64,000 nt of DNA, from assembly GCA_963845565.1 (NCBI GenBank), contig CAWJSJ010000002.1:960001-1024000 (forward strand), written 5' to 3'. This DNA is from an uncultured Methylomirabilota bacterium. GTDB lineage: Bacteria; Methylomirabilota; Methylomirabilia; Methylomirabilales; 2-02-FULL-66-22. The number at the start of each line of letters is the position of its first letter. The first letter of the stretch is position 1. This document shows, piece after piece, positions 33,698-45,944 of this stretch. Below the pieces are notes generated by a model that saw only the letters and a program-made list of their open reading frames with translations, ran no database searches and was not told the DNA's origin. Made by a program: the position numbers and the translations under genes.

Positions 33698-34753
33698 ATG
33701 CAACAAAACGACTCTCAGCTGGTGATCCGGGATGTCCCGATTTTCCAGTGGGTATTTGCATTTTTTTTCGCGGGCGTCGGCACTTTGGTCATCAATCAGG
33801 GAGGTCCGCCGGTTTTTGGGGGCATCTTTGCGGCTGTTGGTGTGGGTTTCCTGCTTTTCAGCGGCGTCCTGACCATCACCGCGGACCGGATTACACGAAC
33901 GTTGAAACTCGATTACCGCTCTGCATTGCGCCACACATTGAAGCAGGTGCATTTTGACGAGATCGCCGGCATCAATGTAGAACGCATCGTTAGCGGCGGC
34001 AAAAGAGGTTTTACGTACCGGCTGACTTTACTGCGGAAGGACGGACAGGTAGTCCCATTCCGGTCGTCCAGTTCAAGCGGCTGGAAGGGGAAGGAACGGT
34101 CTGCAGGCCAACTGCGCGAATTTCTCGGGATTCAGGATTCCAACCGCATCCCCGCCGGGATCCTGCCCGCGGAGCTGTCGCAGGCAGCCGAAATCCACGA
34201 GACGAACGGCGTACACTGGCGAATTCAGCCGATGTATACCGCCAGTTCTTCAGCCCCCACCGGAGTCCGCTGGCATTCGCCGGACTTCAAGACGCCGGGC
34301 ATTTTCCTGTTTGTGGCGCAGAAAGCCGAAGGGCAGCCGTCACGAGGTTTTCTGGCGTCTCTGGGTAGCATGTTTATCCGGCAGGCCCTCTCGCTCCACG
34401 GCTTTTCGCCGGAGGATACGCCCGCCCTGGAACAGGCCGTGACCTTGGCTCCGCTTGAACCGGCGCTCGAGCGCCACTTCATGGCGTACACCAATTCTCC
34501 ATCCTCGGCTCATCAGTTGCTGAATTCGAGGGTCACAACACATCTTACGGATTGGGCTGCGCGCTATCCGTTGAAACAGTTACAAGGAGGATCGGGTTCC
34601 GGTCAGCTAATGACCCTTTTCGGGCCGAATGGCGTCTACCTGGCCACGCTGAACCTGTTGCAGCGCAATCAGGCCCACGAACTAGTCTCACTGGGAGTGG
34701 AACTGGTCAAAAGTCAGAGCGCCGGTTTGGGGCAATTCTCTTCCGCCCATTAG
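33698..34753 (+). CDS. Hypothetical membrane protein (2 N-terminal TM), lower GC
   Basis: MQQNDSQLVIRD...; GGGAG RBS; codon usage unlike its neighbours. Confidence 0.75.
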   Translation: MQQNDSQLVIRDVPIFQWVFAFFFAGVGTLVINQGGPPVFGGIFAAVGVGFLLFSGVLTITADRITRTLKLDYRSALRHTLKQVHFDEIAGINVERIVSGGKRGFTYRLTLLRKDGQVVPFRSSSSSGWKGKERSAGQLREFLGIQDSNRIPAGILPAELSQAAEIHETNGVHWRIQPMYTASSSAPTGVRWHSPDFKTPGIFLFVAQKAEGQPSRGFLASLGSMFIRQALSLHGFSPEDTPALEQAVTLAPLEPALERHFMAYTNSPSSAHQLLNSRVTTHLTDWAARYPLKQLQGGSGSGQLMTLFGPNGVYLATLNLLQRNQAHELVSLGVELVKSQSAGLGQFSSAH

Positions 34754-34790
34754 CGCATTCTCTTTCGTGGTTGATCTGCGCAGAGCAAAA

Positions 34791-35038
34791 GTTCCAGTCT
34801 TTGTCGTCTTGCGATCGCCTCGGGGGCCGCATGCTCGGCCACGCGTTGTGATGCGCGACGTCGTCTGCCTCGTAGGGGGGGCGGTCTGCCACGCCCCGCC
34901 AGGCCGTGTGGAGGAGGGGAGGGGCAGCCGCGGCAAACGCGTGGCGACGTGCCTCGCGCGAGGGAGGCGGGTCGGTGCGGAAACGGGGTTAGTGGAAAAG
35001 AGTCGCAAGACGACGTAAACCGGAACGTCCCCAATTAC
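34791..35038. mobile_element. Element B2 (left end truncated), same orientation as B1
   Basis: GTTCCAGTCTTTGTCGTCTTGCG...CGCAAGACGACGTAAACCGGAACGTCCCC. Confidence 0.8.
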
Positions 35039-35445
35039 TTGAAGAGGTCGTCGAAGGCCTGCCGACCGGACCTGGGGGCGGCGGCCTGCGTTTCGCGCTC
35101 CACGGTCGTGCGAGGCTTCCAGAGCGTGCAGTCGTTGCGAGCATCCTTCACGGCAATCCTCGCCGCAATCGGCTGCAGGCACTGCAGACGGGCGCCCGGA
35201 TCGAAGAACGCGCACTGCGTGCACGCGTGGAGCTCCGCGCCGCACTTGCCGCACCGCGCGGTGCTCACGTCCGCGTTGGACAGCTCGCCTGCGCAGCGCG
35301 CGCAGCGGATGACCTCCCGCCACTTCATCAGGTTCAGGGCGCGCGGCCCCTCGGGTTGGTCGGCGGGAGGACGAGGACCGGGCGCCCGCGGCGTTTTTCG
35401 GTCGTCGTTCTGGTACCCGCGCTGTCGGTACTTGCGGTCGGACAT
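35035..35445 (-). CDS. Conserved Cys-rich zinc-finger protein
   Basis: MSDRKYRQRGYQ; CARC, CGKC, CTQC..C..C; ends AFDDLFK. Confidence 0.8.
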   Translation of the reverse strand: MSDRKYRQRGYQNDDRKTPRAPGPRPPADQPEGPRALNLMKWREVIRCARCAGELSNADVSTARCGKCGAELHACTQCAFFDPGARLQCLQPIAARIAVKDARNDCTLWKPRTTVERETQAAAPRSGRQAFDDLFK

Positions 35446-36209
35446 CGCCCAGTCTCGCCCTCGGTCACGCGCTCCGCTCCCGCCGGCGCCCGCCCCGCGG
35501 GCGGACGTCATCGGCGAAGCAGGGGATGGGATATTTACCGGATGTTATCCTGATGGCGCTGGCGACGCCAGTCCTGAATGGGTGCCGGTCCCCCAGCACC
35601 ATCCGTGAGATGCTCTCGACTGACCAGACATCGTCGCTGCGCGCGTTCGAGTCCGTGCCGCTTCCCCGGTAGGGGCGAAGGTGGGCACTGGCTCGCAACA
35701 TGTCCAGTGGGATGCGGCGTGCGAGGCTGGCGTCGGTGACGTGGGGGACAGATCTCAGCCCGCCGCCCGACTAGATGCAGAAAAGAGGTACCGGACACCT
35801 TTTGGCTCGTAAGTGATGGATCTTGCGAGAGGCTGATTTCACTTTTGGGCCGCTACACAGGGGCCGGAGCTCCACGCAGGAGCACCCGGAGTGCGAATCA
35901 CACGGGCTGCCCCGACGGCGGCGACGGCTTCAGGTTTCACCCGCCTGATGGGCCGACCGCCAAGAATGGGATTCGCCCATTCAGCAAATCAACGGGTTAG
36001 CTCTCGTTGTGTGGCGAATCGCCACCGTGTTAGAGGCGCGGACCAGTCGGGCCGCCGACGAGGGGTCCGGAAAGGAATCGCCAATTCTGCATGACGCAGA
36101 GTGTGGCGCTAGAAGGCGAGCGGGGCGGTCATCCGGGGCGGGCGTACCGTCGTCCACCGTCCCCCGCGTCTGGCGACCGTTTGACGCTCTCCGAGACGGG
36201 CGGACTGCA

Positions 36210-37234
<1,025 letters not shown>

Positions 37235-37238
<4 letters not shown>

Positions 37239-38278
37239 TCGGACACCTCGGCATCGTGGTACAGGAAGCAGCTCACCGCTGCCGGTCTCCCACCGCCTGG
37301 AGCGCGGGGGTTCGCGCGTCGCACCTGCCCGGCATGCGCTTGATCGCAGCGGGGATGGAAGGGACAGCCCCGGGGCCTGTTGAAGGGATGCGGGATCGAG
37401 CCGCTGATCGTCGGCAGGTCGACCCGCGGCTGCGAGCTGACGCTGGGGATGGAGCGCAGGAGCGCCTGGGTGTAGGGATGCTTGGGCGCGTGGAAGATGT
37501 CGTCCACCGGGCCCTGCTCCATGACCAGCCCCAGGTACATGACCATGACGTAGTCGGCCATCTGGGCGATGACGCCGAGGTCGTGGGTGATGAAGATGAT
37601 CGCCGACGTTGCGCTCCTGCTGCAGCTCGCGCAGCAGGCGCAGCACCTGCGCCTGGGTCGTCACGTCGACGGCGGTGGTCGGCTCGTCGGCGATGAGCAG
37701 GCGGGGGTTGCAGGAGAGGGCCATGGCGATGATGGCGCGCTGGCGCAGCCCGCCGCTGAGCTGCCAGGAGTATGCGTCCAGGCGCTGCTCGGGCATCGGG
37801 ATGCCCACGTCCCGCAGCAGGTCGATGGCGAGATCCGCGCGCCGCCTTCTTGCCGATCGGACTGGTGCAGCATGATCGTCTTCGACGATCTGGTTCCCGA
37901 TGGTGTGCACCGGGCTGAACGACGCCATCGGCTCCTGCGGGATGAGCGCGATCTGCGCCGCCGCGGATCGAGCGCATCTCCTCGCCGTTCGCGGATCCAG
38001 CTCGGCCAGGTCGACGACCTCCTCGCCGCCCGTCCCGTCCCGACGGGCCGGCGCAGCAGGATCTGGCCGCGGACGATCTTGCCCGGGGTCTCGACGATGC
38101 GGAGGACGGACTTCATGGTCACGCTCTTCCCGCAGCCGCTCTCGCCCACGATGCCGAAGACTCTGGCCGGCGTCGACGTCGAAGCTGACCCCGTCGACGG
38201 CCGGACGACCCCTTCGTCCAGCAGGAAGTGGGTCTTCAGGTCGCGCACCGACAGCAGCGGGCGGGCTCTGGTTGCCAT
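37235..38278 (-). pseudogene. Peptide ABC ATPase (OppD/DppD-like), frameshifted
   Basis: GESGCGKS, LSGGLRQR, DEPTTA and HPYTQALL in different frames. Confidence 0.8.
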
Positions 38279-38288
38279 CGTGCCTCCC

Positions 38289-39445
38289 CTAGTGCCCGTA
38301 CGGGTCGGCGGCGTCGCGCAGGCCGTCGCCGACCAGGTTGAACGCCAGCACCGCGAGGATCACGACCAGGCCCGGGGATCATCAGCCACGGCGCCAGCGC
38401 CACCGTCTGGATGTTCTGCGCCTCCTGCAGCAGCACGCCCCAGCTGATCGCCGGCGGCCGGATGCCCAGGCCCAGGAAGCTCAGCGAGGTCTCGCTGATG
38501 ATCATGACCGGGATGGCCAGGGTGCTCGGCGGCGATGATGTGGCTGATGAACGCGGGAACCATGTGCCGCAGGATGATGCGCAGGCTGGCTGCACCCGGC
38601 CAGCTCCGCGGCCAGGACGAAGTCCTCCTCGCGCAGCGACAGGAAGCGGCCGCGCACCTCGCGCGCCAGCGTCGTCCAGCCGATGAAGGCCAGGATGATG
38701 GTGATGGCGAGGAAGACCTGCTCCGGGCGCCAGTCCTGCGGCAGGGCCGCGGTCATCACGAGCCAGATCGGGATCGTCGGCAGCGACTGCAGCAGCTCGA
38801 TCGAGGCGCTGGATGATCATGTCGATCCAGCCGCCGAAATACCCGGAGATGCCGCCGAGGAGGACGCCGAGGATCGACGCTCAGCGCGACGGCGACCAGG
38901 CCGACGGTCATCGAGGTGCGCGTGCCGAACATCATGCGCGACCACTGGTCGCGCCCCAGCCGGTCGGTGCCGAGGAAGTGCGGCCGCCCGCTCGGACGCC
39001 GGGATCCCTGGCGCCGATCAGGTGGATGTCGGTCTCGAACAGGCCCAGCACCTTGTACGTGTACCCGCGCACGAAGAAGCGCGATGGGGATGCGCGTCCG
39101 TCGGATCCGCCGCCCACTCCATCTTCAGCGTGACGGGGTTGCGCTTGCCGACGACGGCCGGCACCGACGGGCGGAATCCCGTCTGGTCGAAGAGGGAGAT
39201 CCGCTGCACGGGAATGAAGGCGCAGCGCGGCCTCGGTCTCCTCGGGATCCTGGGTGCGCGAAGAAGTCCGGCACCAGGACGACGACGTAGAACACGAGCA
39301 GCACGACGCGCGCTCGCGACGGCCAGGCGGTTCTTGCGGAATCGCCACCAGACCAGCTTCCAGTTCGACGCGACGGAGACGCGCTCCTCGGCCTTGGAGG
39401 ACAGCTCGGTCGCCGAGCGGGCTCGGCCTGCAGCTCGTCCGCCAT
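38289..39445 (-). pseudogene. Peptide ABC permease (OppC-like), frameshifted
   Basis: LSLREEDFVLAA and ETSLSFLGLGIRPPAISWG fragments. Confidence 0.8.
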
Positions 39446-39448
39446 GAG

Positions 39449-40445
39449 CTACGTTCCCTCCATCCGGATGCGCGGATCGAACAGCGCGAGCAGGATGTCC
39501 GAGATCAGCGTGCCGACGATGGTGAGGAAGCAGTAGATCAGCAGGATGCTCCCGGCGAGGTACATGTCCTGCTGGATCAGCGCGCGCAGCAGCAGCGGCC
39601 CGATGTTCGGCAGGTTCATCACGGTGGCCACGATCAGGCTGCCCGAGAACAGCTGCGGCAGGTACCAGCCGATGGTGCTGATGAGCGGGTTGAACGCCAG
39701 GCGCACCGGGTACTTGAGCACCAGCCTCCACTCCGACATGCCCTTGGCGCGCGCCGTGACGACGTAGGGCTTGTTCAGCTCGTCGAGCAGGTTGGCGCGC
39801 ATGATGCGCGTCAGGCGCGCGGTGCCGGCCACGCCGAGCACGATGGCGGGCAGCCAGATGTGCTTGAGCAGGTCGACGAACCGCGCCGACGCTCCACGGC
39901 GCCTGCGCGTACTCGGGCGAGAACAGGCCCGGTGATCATCAGGCCGAAGTTGGAGAACGCAGATCCACATCAGGATGAGCGCCAGCATGAAGTTCGGCGT
40001 GGCCACGCCGACGTAGTTCAGGACCGCGAAGAGGTAGTCCAGCGATCGTGTTCTTGTGCATCGCCGAATAGATGCCGGCCGGGATGGCCACGACCCACGT
40101 GATGACGAAGGCGAACAGGGCCAGCAGCAGCGTGACCAGCAGCCGCTCGCCGATCAGCTCGGTGTTCGGCCGCTGGTACTCGAGCGACAGGCCGAGGTCG
40201 CCCCTGACGATGCTCTCCATCCAGCGCAGGTACTGGACGTAGACGGGCTGGTCCAGGCCGAACTGCTGCTTGAGCGCCTCGACCTGCGCGGCGTCCATCG
40301 AGGAGCCGGAGGAGGCGAGCATGGCCACGTAGCTGGTCAGGAAGTCGCCCGGGGGCGCCTGCACCAGGGCGAAGACGACGACCGTGAAGAGCGAGCATCA
40401 GCAGCGGGCAGCAGCAGCGAGGCGTTTGATGATGAAACGAAGCAT
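39449..40445 (-). pseudogene. Peptide ABC permease (OppB-like), frameshifted
   Basis: MLRFIIKR, PPGDF, GLDQPVYVQY and YVVTARAKG fragments. Confidence 0.8.
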
Positions 40446-40524
40446 CGCGAGGTCTTCCCATAAAGACAGGAGACGGGGAGGCAGCAGAGCCTCCCCGCCT
40501 GCCTGTCGGTCCTTCGTCGGAACG

Positions 40525-42509
40525 CTACTTGCTTGAAGAACCACACCTCCGGACGGCCGTTGCCCGGCGTGCGCAGCGGCCAGTCCTTGGTCAGGTTGGC
40601 CGGAACGTTGTGCAGCTTCGCGTTGACCACGGCCACGCCCTGGTCGGTCGCGGTCAGGCCGACGGTGCCGATCTCGAACATGTTGTCCACCCAGATCCTG
40701 AAGAGCTCCTGGGCGATCTCGACCTTCTCGCGCCGGGCCGGCGGCCTTGGCCTTGTCCTGCAGCTCGATGATCCTCTTGGCCTCGGGCGGCGGCTCCACG
40801 CCCTCCTTGCCGTTGGTGTCGAACCACTGCTTCCACAGCGGTCCGTAGGTGAGGTTCCCGTACAGGTCCTTGCGGAAGTCGTACTTGGTCGAGCCGGTGA
40901 ACGGGAAGCCCGCGGTGTCCTGGTTCCAGAGCTCGGCCTGCAGGTCGTTGGCCTGGCGCATCTGGAAGTGCAGCGCGCGCTCGCGGATCTGCATGTTCAC
41001 CTTGATGCCGACCTTCTCGAAGTCCCTGGTGACCAGCGTGCCGATGTCGCGGTAGGGACCGAAGACCTCGACCACCGACAGCTCGATCAGCGACGCGCTT
41101 GCCGCTCGGGAACAGGCGGAAGCCTTCGGCGTCCTTCTTGTTCAGGCCGATCGAGTCGAGCAGTCTGGTTGGCCTCGGCCAGGTTCGTACTCGGTGTACT
41201 TGAAGGCGTACTCGTCGCCGGGGTAGTAGGGGTGGCCCTTCTTCGGGAACGGCCTGGCGCGGCTCGCCGGTGCCGAGGAACGCGGACTCGTTGATCTGCT
41301 TGCGGTTGATCGCGTAGGACATGGCGATGCGGAAGTCCTTGTTCGCGAAGAGCTTGCCCAGCTCCGGGTCCTTGGCGTAGGTCTGGTTGAAGACCACGCC
41401 GGCGTCATGCCCGCCGGGGCTCGACCACAGGAAGATCTTGTACTTGCCCAGCTTCTGCTCGTTCTCCTTGAGCACCGGGTAGTTCAGCAGGTTGATGTGG
41501 CGCTCCTGCTCGTCCAGCTCGCCGGCGATGGCGGCCAGGTTGAGCGCCTGCGCGTCGGCGAAGAACTTGAACTGGACCTCGTCGATGTACGGCAGCTGGT
41601 TGCCGGCCTTGTCCACGCCGATGTAGTAGGGGTTGCGCTTCAGGATGAAGATCTGGTCGCTGATGCGGTTCGAGGCGATCCAGGCGGCCATGCCCGGCCG
41701 CTCGGGGTTGTCGAAGGGGCTCTGCTTGTTGGCGAACAGCTCGACCCAGGTCTTGAACTTGGCGTCCGCCACCATCTTGTCCAGGTCTTCCTTCTTGGCG
41801 TACTGGCGTGGAACTGCTTCAGGTACTTGGACGGCAGGAAGATCGGGATACTGCCTGTCGCCGTAGTCCTTGGTGGTGAGCTCGAGCAGGAAGTTGGTGT
41901 TGGGCTCCTTGAAGGTCCAGCGTGACGCGTCAGGTCGTCGATCTTCTGCACCTGCGACCGGGAGCCGTCCTTGTTCAGCATCCAGGCCGGCATGGCGGGC
42001 ACGAGGTCCTTGTTCAGGAGCACGTCCTTGTACCAGAACATGATGTCGTCGGCGGTGAAGGGCGAGCCGTCCGACCACTTGATCCCCTTGCGCAGCTTGA
42101 CGGTCCAGGTCTTGAAATCCGCGGACGGGGTGACGCTCTCCGCCAGCTTCATCTCGATCGTGGCGCCGTCCGGGCCGAAGCGGACGAGCACGTCGTAGAT
42201 GACGCGGTTGACGCCGTTGAAGTCCGACGGCCCCAGGAAGCCGCGGCGCCAGACGCCGCCGTACTGGCCGATCTCGTCGGCCGGGACGACCAGCGGGTTC
42301 TCGGGCAGGCGCTTCTCGACCGGCGGCAGCTTGCCGGCCTTGACCAGCTCGGCCAGCTCGGGCGCTTCCTTGTACTTCATGGCGGGCGCGGCGGCCTTTG
42401 TGGGCGCCGCCTTGGAGTCCGGGGCCTTCTTGGCCTCGCCGGCAAATGCCGGCGGCAGCGCGATTGCCGCGCACAGGCAGGCGATGATGATGAGCGTCAG
42501 TCGCTTCAT
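40525..42509 (-). pseudogene. ABC substrate-binding protein family 5, frameshifted
   Basis: Signal peptide, GKLPPVEKRLPENP, WSDGSPFTADD and GNQLPYIDE across several ORFs. Confidence 0.85.
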
Positions 42510-42617
42510 AACCGATCCTCCTTGAGAAGCCATCAACTGCATTCTGTCAGTGGGGCACTCTCTGCGCCGGGTCCAATAGCTAAACTCCACTCCTCCTTTG
42601 GCTGTGATCGCAACAGA

Positions 42618-42654
42618 GTAGCGAAAGGCTACACCCGCCAAAAGTGTCTGTCAA
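42618..42654 (-). promoter_or_regulatory. Sigma70 promoter with overlapping palindromic operator
   Basis: Reverse complement TTGACA-N17-TAGCCT; GTAGC-N5-GCTAC at 42618-42632 covers the -10. Confidence 0.6.
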
Positions 42655-42930
42655 TGCTGACGGGGGGCCCTGTTCTCCGGCTAGCGCGCGCAGGGAGAAC
42701 GGACGGCGTGTCGCGACCGCAGCCGGGGCGACCCGGCGCAAGGCCGGGCGGTTCCGGGTACCCACCCAACCGGGTGGGTGCAGGCGCCAGGCGGCCGGAG
42801 GGGCCGGTCCGGCCCCCGGCCGCGTCCACTCGCACGAAGGCCGCCCTGGCGTTAGCCGGAGATTTGGGGGGGTCGTCTACACCGAGAGATGTGCGGGGGT
42901 CGAGGTTCGCCATCGGCTCGACCGATTGCG

Positions 42931-44370
42931 CTACGCCGTGGGTGGTTCTCCGGCGAGTTCCCGGAGCAGGCCGAGGGCCGTCTCCGCGACCTTCTCGGCG
43001 GCCCCGGGCGCAACGGCCGCGGGGAGGCGGTATCCCTTGTAGGAGTGGTCCACCTCGTACCCGCCGTCGGGGTAGGCGTCGACGACCGGAAGGTAACCGA
43101 TGCAACCGTTGGAATACGCCGCCACCAGCGTCGAACCGAACGGCGACGCCTGCTTGATCGCCAGCTGAATCTCGACGAACAGTTCCCCCGCCACGCCGAC
43201 GATCGCCACGTCATTCAGGCGCATGGCCTGGACAGGAACGTCGACGCGCAACGGGCCAGGCGCCTGCTCGACGGTTCGGAGCAGCATCTCCGCCCACATC
43301 TTCTGATAACGGAACGGATTCAACTCGTCGGGATCCGTGGTCTGCCGTAACAGTGTGTCCAGCGCCGCGCCGCGCTCCTCCAGGATGCGCCGGGCCTCCC
43401 GGGCATCCGGCACGGGAGCCAGCGGGAGCGAGAGCACCGTCTCGCGTGCGGCGACACGGTCGGGCCCTGCGGGCTCCACGGGTTCCTGGCGCACCAGGTG
43501 AAATGTGGCCACGGAGGTGAGCCAGTACTCGCGCTCGACCGTGGTACGCGTGTCGATCTCCAGGAAGGCCTTGGCGGCCTCCAGCCCCAGGACGGTGCCG
43601 GCGCGCTCCGCCTCCCGGGTGTCCGGGTGCATCGGGTTGCGGGGGTTCATGTTCCCGGTGGCCCCCTGCAGGAACAGGCACGTGGCGCCCGTCTCGCGCT
43701 CCACCGTCCGCCGCATGGGGCCGGGATAGTCGGGGCTGATGAGACGACTGGCCGATCCGGCGAAGATCGGATGGCACGTGTAGTTGACCAGCGCCGCCAA
43801 CGGGCGGCCGTCCAGGCGGTCGACGCGCACGACACCGACGTCCTGATCCACCGGCCCACCACGATTGTCCCCAAGGACCACGCGGCCGTCCGGGAGCTTT
43901 TCGCGCCGGTTCACGGCAAGAGCGATCCGGCCCGTCCCGGCGCCGATCCGGGCCGGCTGCATGGTCGCCCCGGCCTGCTTGACGGCGGAGAGGAGCAGGT
44001 GGGGCAAAGACCGGATGTACGCCTCCTCCTCGGGGCGCACCCGGTCCTGTTCTCCCCCGATCTTCACCGGCGAGCTGGTCGGAGCCGAATGCGAGTGGGT
44101 GCAGTTGACGAGCACATGGGAGCGCCGGGTCCCCAGGAAGCCGGCGACGGCATCGCGGATCTCGTCCACCAGCGGCGGATGGAGGTAGATGAGATCGCAA
44201 TCGAGGATGGCGACGGTCGTATCATCGGCGGAGGCCACCAGCGCCGTCGCGTACATGTCCATGTGGATCCCGGTGGACGGCCGGCTCCGCCGGGAGTACC
44301 CCATGAGATCGACCCCAACGGGCGGAGTGATCGTCGCCCGCCCCACCCCGACCTGCAGTGTCGAATCCAT
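42931..44370 (-). CDS. Neutral/alkaline ceramidase-like N-terminal domain hydrolase
   Basis: ITPPVG, CTHSHSAP, NYTCHP, FLQGATGN and GGYE. Confidence 0.85.
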   Translation of the reverse strand: MDSTLQVGVGRATITPPVGVDLMGYSRRSRPSTGIHMDMYATALVASADDTTVAILDCDLIYLHPPLVDEIRDAVAGFLGTRRSHVLVNCTHSHSAPTSSPVKIGGEQDRVRPEEEAYIRSLPHLLLSAVKQAGATMQPARIGAGTGRIALAVNRREKLPDGRVVLGDNRGGPVDQDVGVVRVDRLDGRPLAALVNYTCHPIFAGSASRLISPDYPGPMRRTVERETGATCLFLQGATGNMNPRNPMHPDTREAERAGTVLGLEAAKAFLEIDTRTTVEREYWLTSVATFHLVRQEPVEPAGPDRVAARETVLSLPLAPVPDAREARRILEERGAALDTLLRQTTDPDELNPFRYQKMWAEMLLRTVEQAPGPLRVDVPVQAMRLNDVAIVGVAGELFVEIQLAIKQASPFGSTLVAAYSNGCIGYLPVVDAYPDGGYEVDHSYKGYRLPAAVAPGAAEKVAETALGLLRELAGEPPTA

Positions 44371-44452
44371 GGCGAGTGTTCCCTCCGCCGCCTCCGATGG
44401 CGCTGGCAGCCGGCGGAGCCGCCGGATGCGCCCTCCGGGGATTGATTGCTTA

Positions 44453-44551
44453 GGAGCCGTTACGAAATAGCCTATACATCTCTTTCTATTTCGTTACGGC
44501 TCCTTATGCCGTTTCGGAATGTCTCCGCTCAACTAATTCTTTGACAACGGC
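44453..44551. mobile_element. 99-bp AT-rich MITE, family C copy 1, flanked by TTA
   Basis: GGAGCCGTTACGAAATA...TTTGACAACGGC; 98/99 identical to 48323. Confidence 0.85.
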
Positions 44552-45538
44552 TTACTCCGCTGGTTGCTTCTTTGCGCGGGCCAGGCGGAACGCCAATGCC
44601 ATCGGCCCCTCTGCGGGCCGCGCCACCGCGCCGGCCGCGCCCCGCTTCTCGGGGGGCGTCCGGGGATCGGCCGCCCTCCGCATCGACAGCTCCACGCGAT
44701 GCGTGGTGTCGTTCATTCCGATCACCACCACCTGGACCGATTCGCCGTCGCGCAGCCCCGGCGATTCCCGCCCGGTCTGCCCGGCACGCATCTCGTGACT
44801 CCGCACCAGACCGTCGATGCCGCCCAGGTCGACGATGACGCCGAATGGTCGGCGGCTGCGGACCACCCCCGTCAGGACCGTGCGCTCTGCCATGGCCCGC
44901 CGCAGGCGCGCCCACGCCTCGGCCGCGGGGCTGATGGGCTTCGGCTCCGCCTCCGCTCCACGCCCCTCGCCGGCATCGGCCGGCCCGCGCGCAACGGATC
45001 CCCCGTCGGGCACGTTCGCAGACGGAGCCGGCGCGGCTTCCGCGGGGCGATCCATCCCACTCGGCGGCCGCCGCGTGGGTGGGGGCGAGGCGCCAACCGT
45101 GCGGCCGGACCACGCGCCGCCGGCCTGGGGCCCCTCGACGGCTTGCCGCCGCGCCCGCGCCTCCGCCTTTCGCTGGGCGGCCTCCGCCTCGCGCCGGGCG
45201 ATCTCCGCCGCGACGGCGGCCTGGCGCGCCGCTTCCTGTTCCCGGGCCTCGCGTTCGGCGTCGGTTTCTTGCTGGGGTTGGTCAGGGTGCGCCTCCGCGA
45301 GATGCACGGCCAGGTTTAACACCTCGAACCCGCAATGCGGACACCGGACCGGCTCAGGGGGGCCCGCGCTGGTTCCGACAGTCTCGCGCGGGACATAGGC
45401 GCGCCTCCGGGTCGTCACAGGGCCCGCCATGATCGGGCGAAATCCGGGGGTCTCGATCACGCCTGTCCCGCCGCACTGGAGGCACTGCGGATTGGCGCCG
45501 CCGCAGCGGCAAGCGCGTGGGGTGGGATGGTCGGGCAT
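44552..45538 (-). CDS. Zinc-finger plus C-terminal S1 RNA-binding domain protein
   Basis: CRC..CLQC, CPHC..H...H, and GVVRSRRPFGVIVDLGGIDGLV..ELSMR. Confidence 0.75.
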   Translation of the reverse strand: MPDHPTPRACRCGGANPQCLQCGGTGVIETPGFRPIMAGPVTTRRRAYVPRETVGTSAGPPEPVRCPHCGFEVLNLAVHLAEAHPDQPQQETDAEREAREQEAARQAAVAAEIARREAEAAQRKAEARARRQAVEGPQAGGAWSGRTVGASPPPTRRPPSGMDRPAEAAPAPSANVPDGGSVARGPADAGEGRGAEAEPKPISPAAEAWARLRRAMAERTVLTGVVRSRRPFGVIVDLGGIDGLVRSHEMRAGQTGRESPGLRDGESVQVVVIGMNDTTHRVELSMRRAADPRTPPEKRGAAGAVARPAEGPMALAFRLARAKKQPAE

Positions 45539-45811
45539 ATTGGTCTCAGCCTTTCCTGTAGGCGGCCCTGCCGGTCAGCCCGGGCCGGATCGATGCGCGC
45601 CGAGGCGGATGACGACCGGGCGACGATGACCTGCACACAATCACAACAGCGTCGGACGCCAGCGCGTATTGTACGCGAAGCTCCGCCTCCTTGTCACGCC
45701 CCGACGCCAGACGACGCCTCAGGCCTTGTCCTCCGGAACACCTCACCCCGCCGTCCATTCTGCGCCGGGGAACTCTCCCGCCTGGTGTGAGAATCGCGGG
45801 CCGCGGAGTGA

Positions 45812-45840
45812 TTGACTTCTCGTGCCTTCATCCATACACT
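45812..45840 (+). promoter_or_regulatory. Sigma70 promoter
   Basis: TTGACT-N17-TACACT upstream of the M20 gene. Confidence 0.55.
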
Positions 45841-45944
45841 TCTCGCCGCCTCAATCGATCAGGCAAGCGCGCTGAACAACAGAATGCCCGTTGCCTATCA
45901 GGGGGCTTTCTGCGATAACCCGCCAAGAGACTTTAGGAGGTTCC

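Noticed and set aside
18372..35035. Prophage or ICE
   Set aside because: No integrase, structural, replication or conjugation genes are visible.
35840..35990. Possible c-di-AMP or c-di-GMP riboswitch on the minus strand
   Set aside because: Only short matches (GCTGAA, GGGCGAATC); the other conserved elements could not be placed.
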